This document shows positions 12,920 to 24,604 of a DNA stretch of 64,000 nucleotides, piece by piece. Position 1 is the first letter of the stretch. Every line of letters starts with the position of its first letter. The position numbers and the translations under genes are program-made. The notes below the pieces were generated by a model. That model was not told where the DNA came from. It made no database searches and worked only from the letters and a program-made list of their open reading frames with translations. The stretch lies in the NCBI GenBank assembly GCA_051362555.1, contig CM120647.1, positions 7,378,001-7,442,000 of the forward strand, read 5' to 3'. The stretch comes from Lingula anatina. Its lineage: Eukaryota > Animalia > Brachiopoda.

Positions 12920-14897
12920 CAGTTTTATATAGGACGTTTAGCACTAACCAGTGTTTAACTCTAACCAGACCTAAACAGTCTGTTAGTTAACTGACCTTTA
13001 AATAATTATTTAATCCAGTTAAACACTGGCCAGTTAACTAATTGGCTGTTTTCCGTCAGAAGACTGTATATGAAACAGAATTTAATCATCTTTTGGTTAA
13101 TGGGTGCTAGGAGAGTATCCACTGGTCAGGCTTATCCACTGGTTACTGCTAAACGTCCTTTATAAAACTGGGCCAAGTACTCATCCAAACTTAAGATGAG
13201 ATTAGGAATATTGCTGTCATATTTTAGTCTACTGGTTAAAAAGATGTAAATTCACGGTCATTGGCGGCCATTTTGAATTTTGAAAACCATACTGTAATCC
13301 AAATTAAATCAAGTAATTGAAAAGGGTTCTGTTTTCATATTCAGTACACCAAAAGTAATGAAGAACTTGATTTGGTATGATAATTCTGTCATATTTCCAG
13401 ACAGGACAGCTACATTGTACATGTAAAAGTTTTGTGGCAGCCATGTTGGATTCTAGGATTTTTGCACCTTAAACAAATACTACAGGCAGAAAGTAGAGAT
13501 TTCATGCTACACTGGTGCATCAAAATATCTCAGATATTGCAATTATTTAATAATTAAATAAGAATTAAAAAATTGAAAATCATCAAAATTTCTTTAAAAA
13601 CAGCAAAAATTGGCCACCATCTTGGATTTGCCGCCATCTTGGAAAATTTTGTTCATCGTTAAATATAGTGCACATCTTAGACTACATGTCTGGGATGATT
13701 TTGAATTCTATTTAGTTTATGTATTTGAAATATTTTAGATTTTGTTGGTTGCAGTAATGTCAATTTTTAACCCGTGTGCTACCATGGCAACGGTTGTAGC
13801 ACCCCCACCCCCACCAGTTTAATGGCAAACAAGCAGAAAATAAAAGCTAAGGACCTAAGCTATCAGAAAAACATAGTGAACGAAAATCACTAAGTGTGTG
13901 TGTGTGGGGGGGGGGGGGGGGGGTCGGTATTTGGCCCACGGAGTATGGTGTTTAATGATGCTCAGCAGACTATAGAATAATCATCAACAGAAGAAGAAAA
14001 AAAAATAAAAACTGACGCAAGAACCTCAACCTTCTGCGTCTATGACGTCACACCTCCAGAGTTTGTTACCATGGTGATTATAGAAATTAGCACCTCCGTC
14101 CCAGTCGTCTTGAGGGTCATACAGAGGGAGACACCCTAATGAGCATGGACAGGAAGATGCAGTGCCACTATTTTTCTGCAACATTATGACTGGAATACTA
14201 AGTATTTTCCATGGGTGTGGAGTAGAGGCAATGGCTGCCACACTTCCATCCAACTACCCCCTACTTGGAAACTTTATCCAGCCTGGTATCTTTTTGATGG
14301 GATGATTGTTTATAAAGATATACTTTATGATTGATCATAAATTTGTACCACTTCTTAAGGTGTTTACTTGATTTGTTTCCAACAAATGCACTTTTGTGCA
14401 CTGTAACAACAACAATCATGGAAAGAAAACCTAAAGTGATTGAAGATGTTGTTGTCATTATCTAACTTGAATCCAAATTCAAGTCTAATATCAAAAGCAA
14501 CACTGATAAGATATTTAAATAATTGAGTGGGTAACCAGTGTGATATTGACTCAACGTTGTATTTTGGTCATTGACACAACCTTGCAGACATGGATTGTAA
14601 TTAATAATATTAATTATTGAAAACAGGATGGCCTACTTTGTTTGTCAATACTGTAACTAACTTTATTAAAATGATAAAAAAGTGTTTAAAGTAAAAGTGA
14701 CAGTTGTTTTGTGTCTTTAGTGAACTGGTGAATTTTCTTAACTTGTTATTCAGAAATACATTCCAACAAACTTCCTTGCAAGGTCAGCTAACACTAGGAT
14801 GAATAAGTTGCTGTAAATGTGATGGAGTGAAGTTAATAAAGTTGACAGTTCTCGGTACCCTGTTATAGATAGACAGGTTGAGGTGACTGTGACTTTG

Positions 14898-14939
<42 letters not shown>

Positions 14940-15872
14940 CGTATTATCAACGTTATGATTCAACGTTGTTTTAACGTTAAAACAACATAATTTGCCCGCT
15001 GGGATGACATTCAACTGCAGATTCACTGCTGAGCAGTTCTTTTTGATTGAGGGAAATCGTACACTGATGCTGTTCTTCAGAGTCACTGTTGACGCCCGAT
15101 TCACAGTGACTCTGACACTCAGGGCACACAAGGATAGATCGATCTAAAATATATGGGAATGGGGTCTAAGTGTCTGTGTATATTCTTGTTGGTTTGTCTG
15201 TCCGCCTTCGCTGTCCAAAATGTACTTTTTGCCCCATAACTGCCAAACCGAATTTTTATTTTACTTTGAATTTACTGATCGGTTTTGTTTGGTAAAGATG
15301 CTGATTTCTTTCCCAAATGGCATGACCGGTTTTCATTTACAGTAATTTCTTTTTTTTTTGCACAATTTTGTCCTGTGGACACTAAGTCCTGGGAATGCCT
15401 GTCCTAAGTCTGCCATTCCTAGGAAAGGGATCGTAAAAACGACGACAAATGTAGATTAGATTGAGGTCTTCATTTTATTTCCAATGACTAAAAATGATAT
15501 CAGATTTGCACCATTCACTGCGCCTTTAAAACATTGACCTCTTCCAGTTACATAAATACCTTTTTTTGTTAGACCGCGCACCAAATGCAACTGTATGTGT
15601 GGTATGCCCAGCCATAACATGGATTTTGTCTCGTGCTGCCTTAAGATTTTTCCACGATCTACGTAGGGTAAAAGGTTATGTTTGACAGGATTAAAATTGC
15701 GTGTTTTCAAAACAGGACATATAACGTTTCTTAAAACTGGCATCTTCATCATCATCCTTAATACAAATTCTTTAAGTACTTTCTATTATTTAATCTCAAA
15801 TGAAAAGAATTTTGGCCAAATTGATTAAATTATCATCAAAGATACAGGGGATATAGCATAAGTTAAAATATT

Positions 15873-15945
<73 letters not shown>

Positions 15946-16550
15946 CACAATGAAACCGGTCGAGGTAAAATAACTGCTGTTCTTTTTTTTTTCTTTTTAT
16001 CATGTGTGTGTATGTGTGTGTGTGTGTGTTGCCTAAATTATTACAATTATTACAATTATAGATTTGAAAAAGCTTTTGATTGGGCATTGTAACTTTTTCT
16101 TCACCAAAGTCTCAATTTCTTTAATTGCGCACCGTAGCCTACCAATTTATATTTTAAAACATGATCCTGTTACATCGAGTATAGTCAAGGATGTTACCTG
16201 TCATTGATATTAAGTCCGGGTTGAGGGTGTGGTCATGCATGCAGGTATACCCAATATAATAGGTACGACTACCACGTAAAAAATTGCTTGACGTTATTGG
16301 GGGATTTTTCTTTCTTTCCTCCTTCTCTTATGGTGCTTCCAAACTCGATAATACAAGTTTGGGATCCAGAGAAGTAACGTAAAAAACACAAAACTTCACA
16401 TCATTGTTTCAGAAAACGTCCGGGTTTTAATCTGCTTCTCCCCACAGGTTATCGTACTGTTTATTGTCCCAAGTCATTGGATAACCCGTGTCATTTTCTT
16501 TTTTAATAAAAAACACCAGTACTGATCTCTGCATCTCTTAGCGCGTATAG

Positions 16551-19500
16551 TTAGGGAAAGAGTTGCGGAAACAAACACGCCAATGCCACAAGCAAATTAA
16601 GTACCCAAGGCATTTGACGGGCGCATCCCCTGCTACAGACAAACGTGCCGTGTCCAAATGTAGAAGTAGCCGGCAATGCTGCGTCAGAGACGTTCCCGGA
16701 TGTGCGATTGGACACGACGCTTGCATCAAAAGGTATGTTGCCAATGGACAGCTGGCTGCCAATGTCTTGAATATAACCCGCGACTCGTTCTTCAAATCGT
16801 TCGAACCAACGCAGGCCATCAGGGATGTGGGGGACAGGTTTCACCAGTTTAACTGGTACACGAACAAGGGTGTATTCTCCATGGAACGACGGAGTGCCAC
16901 ATCCTGTTTGTGAGCCTAAGTCAAAACCATACTTCCCTTCGTGTAAGGGGTCGATATAGAGAGAGGACTGGGTCGTGAATAAACTGTCCGAAACGCATTC
17001 TTTGAACAAGACGGCCCAGTCTTGCCAGCTTTGTTTTGGGGTGAGTTTCAGGGTAAGAAGGAACAGCATGTTGACGAAGCCAGTCAGGGGTAACGAACAT
17101 CCCGGGTCATTCTCCTGGCATGAATGCTGTTGGCACGATTTCTAAAAACAAAAGTCAAAAATGTGGATTAACATAACGTATAAATCTAAAGACATACATG
17201 TAGGCCTCCATTGTGTTATAGACCTTTATGATGATAAAAAATCTACGCAGTTTAAGCTTTTTCTACTACATCACAATGGTATCCCCAATACAATGATAAA
17301 ATAGAATTTTCCAAACTGTTTGCAGTGTAAATTTCTGCACATATATCGTTATACGGAAACGATTGTCTGTTCCCACCTTCATTAATGACTGTAATTCTGT
17401 ATTGAATTTTCCATAAAAATTCAATATTTGCTGCGTAAAGGTATAGCGCTCAGATCTATTACCTTTAACAGAAAGTGTAAAGGGATAACAACTTTTTCTT
17501 TAAAATTCAATATTTCACAATAAAAACATTGTAGACAACACATAAATTCCTTTTAACCAATAAAACGGTTATCGCAATTATTCTGAAATCTGTGCTTGCC
17601 GTCGGACCACGTGGACCTGTATGCATGGTTACCTTTCTTAATACATTATTTCGATCTAAAAAATCACACTTTAAAGAAAAAAAAACAAACAAACAAACAA
17701 ACAAACAAACAATTGCAATCGACTAACTTTATATACCGAAAGTAATTCATTAAAATCGGAAAATATGGGAAAATGGTCGTTTACCCCAGAAAAATAGTTT
17801 TTTCAGCATTTTTCCTTTCTCCGCGAAATAAAGAGTTGTTATCCATTTAACCCTCAATCACCTTTCAGGGGCCTCGCAGGCCCGGACCCATGTATCTTTT
17901 GCTCTCTCTTCGTTTGCATGAGGTTTTGAGCCTGTTCCTTTCATGTAATCCTCAAGCAACTTATACCCCATCAGTGGATAAATAATTAGTTTTGAAATGA
18001 TTTACAACATATGTAGAAATTAACTTTTCCAAAAGTTAGTCCCATTTCCTGGAAACCGGGCCTCTTAGGCCCGGTCGCTTGATAATTTTACTTCCACATG
18101 GGATAAATAAGTCCATGTTACCTCAAATAGCTTTGCTATAAAATGTTTTACACAAGCAATATCATGTGTGCTATGACTATCAGTATGGTCAATGAAATCT
18201 GCCTGTGAAAGATTCAAGACCTGGAGAAATTATTATTTATGAGTAATCGGTCACCTGATATGCAGATATCAGTTTAAATCTATCATTATTACATACCTGA
18301 TAGACTGCGCTACCTTTGCGAAACTTTCCATTTTGAGAAAAAAAATGTTTTTCTGCATTTTCCATACACAGTGTATACTCATGCACCCAGGTGGAGGTAA
18401 AGGGAGCAAGGGACTGGTGTAACATGAAAATCTGACTCCCCCAGTCAGATTTTCATGATGAAAATCTGACTCCCCATGAAAATTTGACTCCCCCACCACA
18501 AATGTTCATAAATCTTATTTTATTTGAGTATATGACTGTGATATTGTAGTATGTAAAATGGAGGATACTTTGGCACTTTTTTTAAAGTTTGCAGGTGAAT
18601 ATTTTCATGAAAAAAAATATGAAAATTAAAAATGTGCACTTAACCGCCCATGAAAAAAATATGAAAATTAAAAATGTGCACTTAACCGCCCATTGTCTTC
18701 CCTTTGAAAAAGCTATTTATTTGATATTGGATGATCATTTCTACATCTTTCCTTTAAATTTACTTTATGAAGATTATATTGGAAATATTTGAAAGTTTGA
18801 TGGTAAACTATTGGGTGAAAAAACTAAAAAAAACATGAAAAATAGAAAATTTAAAATGTGCATTTTATCACCCAATAACTCCCCTATGAAAAAGCTATTT
18901 ATTTGATATTTGATGATCATTCTGACATCTTTTCTATTAGGATACTTTATGAAAAATATATTGGAAATATTTAAAAGTTTGATGATAAAATAGTGAGTGA
19001 AAGAATGAAAAATAAATCATGAAAATCTTCATTTTTATACCCATGAGATTTGGATTCCCATGAAGAAAAGGACCTATTTTATATTCAGTCACCATACCAT
19101 TGTTTTCTACATAGTTTGCACAGAGATGTACATTTTGTTATTATTTGAAAGTTTGGTGGTGAAAATTTTGGTGAATATTTTTAAAACAAGTATTCATCTT
19201 ACTACCTGTAGGTTTTGCACTTCCATGTCAAAATGCTACATTTTCAACTCAAGAAATTGGCCCCATCGCCTTTTTACTGAATTCTTCTTATATAGCATAC
19301 CCAGTATTTTACCATTCAAACTTTCAAATATTTCCAATATATTCTTCATTAAGTATCCTTAAAGAAAAGATGTCAGAATGATCAAATATCAAATAGATAG
19401 CCTTTTCATAGGGGAGTCATTGGGTGTTACAATACAAATCTTTAATTTTTCTTATTTTTCATGTGTTTTTTATTATTTTTTTCACCCAATTTTTTAACCA

Positions 19501-22500
19501 TCAAACTTTCAAGTACTTTCAATATATTCCTCATAAAGTATCCTCAAAGAAAAGATGTCAGAATGTTCATCAAATATCAAATAAATAGCTTTTTCATAGG
19601 GGGGTCATTGGGTGTTCGAATATAAATCTTTAATTTTTCTTATTTTTTAATGTGTTTATTATTATTATTATTATTATTATTATTTTTTCACCCAATTTTT
19701 TAACCATTAAACTTTCAAGTACTTTCAATATATTCCTCATAAAGTATCCTCAAAGAAAAGATGTTGAAATGGTAATCAAATGTCAAATAAATAGCTTTTT
19801 CACAGGGGAGTCCTTGGGTGGTAAAATACAAATCTTTAATTTTTTTTTTATTTTTTCATGAAAATCTTCACCTGCAAACTTACAAAAAGTGCCAACGTGT
19901 CCTCCATTATGCATACTACAGGATCATAGTCATTTACTCAAATTAAATTAGATTTTTGAATGTTTTTTGATGGGAGTCAGATTTTCATGGCACACCGGGC
20001 CTCTGAGGCCCGGTTTCAGGGTTAACGTAGGGTTCCATTTCCTTGTGGATGAGGGTTAAACAAGTAAGGCATATTAATACATTCATTCCAAACGCTCCAT
20101 ACTTACGTCGTGCTTATTTTCTTGACATTGCATTTCTTTCTGGAAGTCTATGACAGCGGAGAAACCAAGTGAATCGAATGTTTTGAGATCAGTTTTCTCT
20201 GAAAGAAGAACGTAATGTTAGCGATTGTAACATAAACGTGCTAACTCTGTAAGCCGCCATGCTGGAACACACGTGTATTATTCAAGTCGCTTACAACATT
20301 GTAAAATAAGAGGTGGTCGCTTAAGACAAATAAAATGTTACATCTCCCTCTTTATAATCAACTAAGATTAATAAAGTAAATAAAAGCATGTAAATTAAAA
20401 TAAATTCAGTTTTTGGTGTTCACAGTTCTTTGTGAGTGTTCACTTTAACTTAAAGTCTTTCATGCTCCACAGAGAATGTCTTTAACAGTCCATTTAAATG
20501 AAAGAAAATTAAAGAAAAGTCTTTGGCTGAGTCTTTGCATTATAACTTAAAACTGCTTTAAAGCAAGTTCACATGAAAATCCACATGTAGTATTAAATCA
20601 GGCCCTCTGCTGTGAGGATATGTCCCACATACTGAACTCTGGGCTGACGCACCTGACACTTGTCAAAATTGAGCTTTAGGTTGTATTCAGTAGCTCTCTG
20701 AATAACCTTCTTGAAAATCGAATCATGATGCTCACGATCTGTGCCTGCTATCAATATGTCATCCATTATAGCTGTGGCACCTTCTATGCCTTCAAGCATC
20801 TCATCCATGATTCTCTGAAAAATTTCTGGCGCTGATTTAATACCAAAGGGTAGGCGAAGCCATCTGTACCTGCCAATTGGAGTGTTGAAAGTAGTCAAAA
20901 AGGATGACTGCTCATCAAGCTGTATCTGCAAAAATCCCTGTGTGGCGTCTAACACAGAAAACACTGTGGCTTTTGGAATACTAGCTACAACTTCTTCAAT
21001 AGTTTTCAGTGGATGATGCTCTCTTTTGATTGCATTGTTCAAATCACATGGGTCTATACAGATTCTCACTTTATCATTTCTTAATGAAACAACCATTGAA
21101 CTGACCCATTCAGTTGGCTCATGGACTCGGGTAATGAAGCCATCTGATTCCATTTCCTGTAATTTCTCTACGATGCGTGGCTTCAGTGATGCTGGCTGTC
21201 GTCTGGCTGGATGTATAACTCCCTTTGCTGTTGGGTCTATCTTTATGGTATGCTTACCTGGTAGCGATTTTATTTTCTGGAGATTAAATCTTTGTGCACG
21301 TTTGTTTTTTCTGGGTCTTACATAATTTTCAAGCTTGCCGAATATTGCTTCTGGTTTATCCTCTTCATCTTCTTCCCAAGTGAATGTTTTGTAAATTTCT
21401 CTCCCTTGTTTTCCAATCCACATGCCTAACCATCCTGCCCTTATCTTATCATCTGTTTGTGATAGTGGACCCTTGAAAACGAGCTCAGCATGCTGTCGGA
21501 ATCGAGTAAATTCCAAGTACAAATTTTTAGACTCCCAATCGAAACTGGGTTGCTCGAATGCATACGCCATTTTAATTAGTGTCTCGCACAATTAAAAATG
21601 TTATGTGGCATGTGTAAGGACTCACTAATAGCTTGAAAAGTTCAACTTCTGACACCATGTAACATAAACGTGCTAACTCTGTAAGCCGCCATGCTGGAAC
21701 ACACGTGTATTATTCAAGTCGCTTACAACATTGTAAAATAAGAGGTGGTCGCTTAAGACAAATAAAATGTTACAGCGATCATTTCCAATGAAACTATCTG
21801 TCTACGGAGATCGATGCAACTTCGCAGGGACTCTCACTGAATGCAACCAGATTTAAAGATTTACGCTCCTCCTGTTGCTTCCGACGTACTAGTATAATCA
21901 CCATTTTTCTGTAAAATACTCAGGAAGAGGCGTGTGATCTTTTAAACTGATTGCATTCATCGAAAATCCCTGCGTAGTTGGATCCATCTATGTAGACCGA
22001 CAGTTTCAATATAAACATGTCCTTAGATACCCACAGAGAGTCAGATATACTTCTTCTACGGTTTTCCAAACAACGAAACAATGCATTATGTGAACTTAAG
22101 TTTTATGAATTTAATATAAGTAGGATAAATGTAGAAAGAACCTGGGCTAACATTAAGATGAACGTATTAAGACAACGTTCCGTACCTTTTTTTATTATAA
22201 TAAACACAGATAAAATATCAAGAACACGAATTTAGCCCCCTTTCTCTTTAATAAGTAGACTGAATATACACAGGTAAAACAAATGTTATTGGTTTGACGA
22301 TTAAATGGATCATTTCATGCAATTTTAGGAGCCCCCCCCCCCCCCCCCCAGTTTAAAATTAAGGCAAAACCCATATCGTTTACGACATACCGTGTTCATC
22401 ACACTCTTGAATTTCTACCCCTATCGCACTGGACACTTGACACAGCCAACAAAAAACGTTTCGTCCAAAGCCGTATCCGATATTAGAGTGGTAATAGGTT

Positions 22501-23630
22501 ATGGCCACAGGCTTCGTCTGGCAAAGTGTGACTAGGTCTTCGTCAGCAAAACGACTGCATCGGTCGTCTTCTAGGCCTCTCACGGGGTCATGACTCCCCC
22601 CAGGACCGATGCAAGGACGCCCTGGATAACGCTCCGGGGGTTCATATAGCATCATACAATCGGGCAACGACAAAACCTTTTCCAGAATTCCCGACGAAGT
22701 TGTTGCATTCACAAACGTTTCAAATTGGGTTTCTTCGCAGACTACTTTCGGCGTCCATGCTTGGAAATTCGCGACCCCATGACAGGCGGCACAATAGATG
22801 TTCTTAAAAGTGATATTGTGATCTTTTGACGAGACAGGTAGAATAACATCCATTCTGGTTGAGAGGCCGCTAAACTCACACTTCGCCCTAACTGCTGCGT
22901 CGGCCCATTGCTGCGGACACGACTTAACAACCCAGTAGTACTTGCTGTAAACGTCCAAAATTTCTCGAGTCCCCTGTAACCAACACTCCGTGTCATTCGG
23001 CTCAATTGAAATTACTGTTAGCTTTATGTCTCTGCAGTAACGATCGAGTGGCCAGCAACAATCATCAAAAATAGAACAAACGTCGTCACAGTAGCACGTC
23101 ACCCGTACAACATCATTGGAGACAATACTATTCGTTGTACTGCCCTCCCTAAGGACGCAAAATGGTCGATTAACGGGGTAAGTGAACTGCAGCAATTCAG
23201 ATAACGGGCTTACTGTTGTTGGTAAATCGACTGGATACAATAGCAATGAAATATCTGAACGATTTTCAACCCCTATCCCACTGAAACTTTCTGATGATGA
23301 TGATGATGTGTGGTTGTGCCAGGATAGGGTTCCAGCCAAAGTTAAGGTTTCATTTATTCCTCGAAATCTCTTCTTGCTTTCTGCGTTGTTCCTCCGAAAA
23401 CGTTTTTTCACGTTTGACTTCTCGCTTTTGCTTGAGATAAGTTTCTCTCCATCAGTTTCTGGCATATTTTTGTGAGAATCTGTATGAGGTAAAGGTTTCC
23501 TATCTTCACTCAAAATTGCCAATGAAATACCTTTTGCTCTTTCATTCATCAAATAAGGTTGTAAAACATACTGATTCCAGGTAATAAAGAAAACAACTAA
23601 AGTAACTATTGGAAAGTTCATGTTGAACAT
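16551..23630 (-). CDS. Cys-rich SMB-like/GPCR-ectodomain-like protein, putatively GPI-anchored, copy A (exons 23630-22391, 20198-20107, 17141-16551; ~640 aa)
   Basis: Exon 1 is 1240 nt and ends in phase 1 at GTATGT. Exon 2 is 92 nt (CAG..GTAAGT; EKTDLKTFDSLGFSAVIDFQKEMQCQENKHD). Exon 3 is 591 nt after TTTTTAG (KSCQQHSCQENDPGC...WVLNLLVALACLFPQLFP*). Phases join into one open frame, and the splice sites are conserved in all three copies. The ATG at 23621 (MNFP) is the one shared by all copies. Confidence 0.85.
17851..20055. mobile_element. piggyBac-like (TTAA, CCC..GGG) composite non-autonomous insertion in intron 2 of gene A
   Basis: TTAA-CCCTCAATCAC...GTGGATGAGGG-TTAA, with palindromic GGGCCTC..AGGCCC motifs at ~17868, ~18058 and ~19997. 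A second GGG-TTAA end lies at 20021. Absent from copies B and C (~43410, ~59980). Confidence 0.65.
18416..19996. mobile_element. Fold-back element with long inverted arms and ~170-bp internal repeats
   Basis: GGTGTAACATGAAAATCTGACTCCC ... GGGAGTCAGATTTTCATGGCACACC. 18500-19000 is mirrored by 19300-19960. Local 42-bp tandem duplication at 18607-18693. Confidence 0.75.
20226..21774 (-). mobile_element. Miniature Ty3/Gypsy (Mag-like) LTR retrotransposon, 1549 bp
   Basis: Two 117-bp LTRs, identical by eye (20226-20342 and 21658-21774; TG..CA), and a 5-bp TSD GCGAT. PBS TGGTGTCAGAAGT on the - strand matches the tRNA-Leu 3' end; PPT is AAGAGGGAGA. Empty sites in copies B and C. Confidence 0.95.
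20593..21591 (-). CDS. In-frame fusion of Gag N-terminus and Ty3/Gypsy reverse transcriptase core (no protease, RNase H or integrase)
   Basis: Open 332-codon frame, first ATG at 21570 (MAYAF). Gag-like part WLGMWIGKQGREIYKTF..KLENYVRP. RT motifs PTEWVSSMV, VRICIDP.DLN, FSVLDA.QGF.QI, TTFNTP.GRYRWLRLPFGI.SAPE.FQ, IMDDILI, LKLN.DKC, V.Y.GH. Confidence 0.88.
   Translation of the reverse strand: MCETLIKMAYAFEQPSFDWESKNLYLEFTRFRQHAELVFKGPLSQTDDKIRAGWLGMWIGKQGREIYKTFTWEEDEEDKPEAIFGKLENYVRPRKNKRAQRFNLQKIKSLPGKHTIKIDPTAKGVIHPARRQPASLKPRIVEKLQEMESDGFITRVHEPTEWVSSMVVSLRNDKVRICIDPCDLNNAIKREHHPLKTIEEVVASIPKATVFSVLDATQGFLQIQLDEQSSFLTTFNTPIGRYRWLRLPFGIKSAPEIFQRIMDEMLEGIEGATAIMDDILIAGTDREHHDSIFKKVIQRATEYNLKLNFDKCQVRQPRVQYVGHILTAEGLI
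21789..22008. repeat. Old palindromic MITE in intron 1, shared by all three gene copies (also ~43599-43818, ~60168-60415)
   Basis: TGAAACTATCTGTCTACGGAGATCGATGCAACTTCGCAGGGA.. is mirrored by ..TCCCTGCGTAGTTGGATCCATCTATGTAGACCGACAGTTTCA. Confidence 0.7.
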
Positions 23631-24604
23631 TTTGTCTGCCTTTCTGACAGATCCGAGAATGAGCTGCGTTTGGCTCTCTCTCTCTCACTCTCTACACATA
23701 TATATACCGCATGCAGTGGGCTCAAGTATATATCTCCGGTAACGCCTTGTAATTCTTTTTGCTCAGTGCGTCCCTGCTCCCTCTAATACGTTTAAAAAAG
23801 TAGGAGCTTCAGCCAATCAGGAGGTTTTTCCTTTTAACATTGGTTTTAGATTGATGTTTTTCCCCACAAAAAGACGGGGCTTCTAATAGTAAGTATACGA
23901 TGCACCTAAGATCATAGCATTAAATGCAACAGCATGCGTTGCTTCTTTACAAGACAATGGGAGCATTGTTTTTTAAATTCAATCCAAATATGCATGTTTT
24001 GGTTGGTCTGTTTATGGAATATCACTATTGCCTGCTCTCTGCCTTTTCAATTGTGAAGATGCATCAGTACTGACAAGTATAATTTTTAACTAGCCATTCA
24101 TACAGGGCAAAATACCTGATATCTTGAACAGCATGTGAGCCATTTCTATACATGTATCAAGGACACGAATTTTAAACAGATGAGGCTTTTCTGACTCGAA
24201 CCTCAGATTTGTGTGCACAAATGCTCAAATGAACAAATCCAGCCACGAGTTAAGTACCCGATGTAAAATTACTCGCCATTTGCTTAGCGTTTCATTACAC
24301 CAACCGCTTGTCCGCCTCTCTACCCCTTCGGTGAGTTCGAGGATTAGAGTGTGAATGTTAGCAAAAGAAAAGAGATCATTGTAGACAACAGAATGAATAA
24401 AATGAAATAAAACTTTCGGCGAAATTGTTATATAAGTCTGTAATTTCGAAAAAGAAAAAAAAAACTTTAAGAAGAAGAAGAAAAAAAAAAAAAAAAAAAA
24501 AACAGGTACTAACTACTAGTACTAAATGTAGGAATGGATTTATTAACCAATGGTAAAGATGTTCCCCCAGGAAAATCCATTTCAAGGCCAAAATAAATTA
24601 TTGG

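Larger units (their letters stand above)
11644..13174. mobile_element. Harbinger-type MITE family 3 (outer element of the nest, ~260 bp net)
   Basis: Left TIR GGCCCAG|TTTTATATAGGACGTTTAGCA is split by an insertion. Right TIR TGCTAAACGTCCTTTATAAAACTGGGCC. AAG on both flanks. Confidence 0.8.
10912..13945. mobile_element. Non-autonomous DNA-transposon-like insertion rich in GCCATCTTG motifs, hosting nested Harbinger MITEs
   Basis: Absent from the paralogous site CTCTCATCA|TGGTGTTTAA at ~55700. Internal ~250-bp diverged direct repeat (10955-11215 vs 13610-13865). Ends TTTGGCCCACGGAGTA; no matching left TIR found, so the superfamily is unassigned. Confidence 0.6.
1462..14139 (+). pseudogene. EIF2B4: Translation initiation factor eIF2B subunit delta pseudogene, copy 1 (unprocessed)
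   Basis: Exons flanked by AG/GT: 1462-1908 (..[30 protein letters not shown]), 2293-2369 (VIRDYAKPPRKELARDL), 3149-3251 (FLAQCQPVSVSMGNAIK), 3831-3958 (FLQEKIVLAGEAI..GDVLLVFG), 4286-4463 (SSLI..FRVIVVDGRP), 8859-9732 ([24 protein letters not shown], split by a MITE) and ~14020-14139 (YDVTPPEFV..SVPVVLR). These match eIF2B-delta motifs. Disabled by stops, a GT>TT donor at 3959, deletions and TE insertions. Confidence 0.92.

Noticed and set aside
14750-16087. ORFs with YIYIYI runs (also 33111, 35873, 36240, 45273, 57456)
   Set aside because: Translations of (TA)n microsatellites.
16563-16913. Cys-containing + strand ORF of 116-118 aa repeated at 41260 and 57790
   Set aside because: Antisense shadow of exon 3 with non-ATG starts. 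Synonymous changes and splice phases support the - strand frame.
22380-23630. 416-aa ORFs as complete single-exon genes
   Set aside because: The ends differ between copies just after a conserved GTATGT donor, and in-phase exons 2 and 3 exist downstream.
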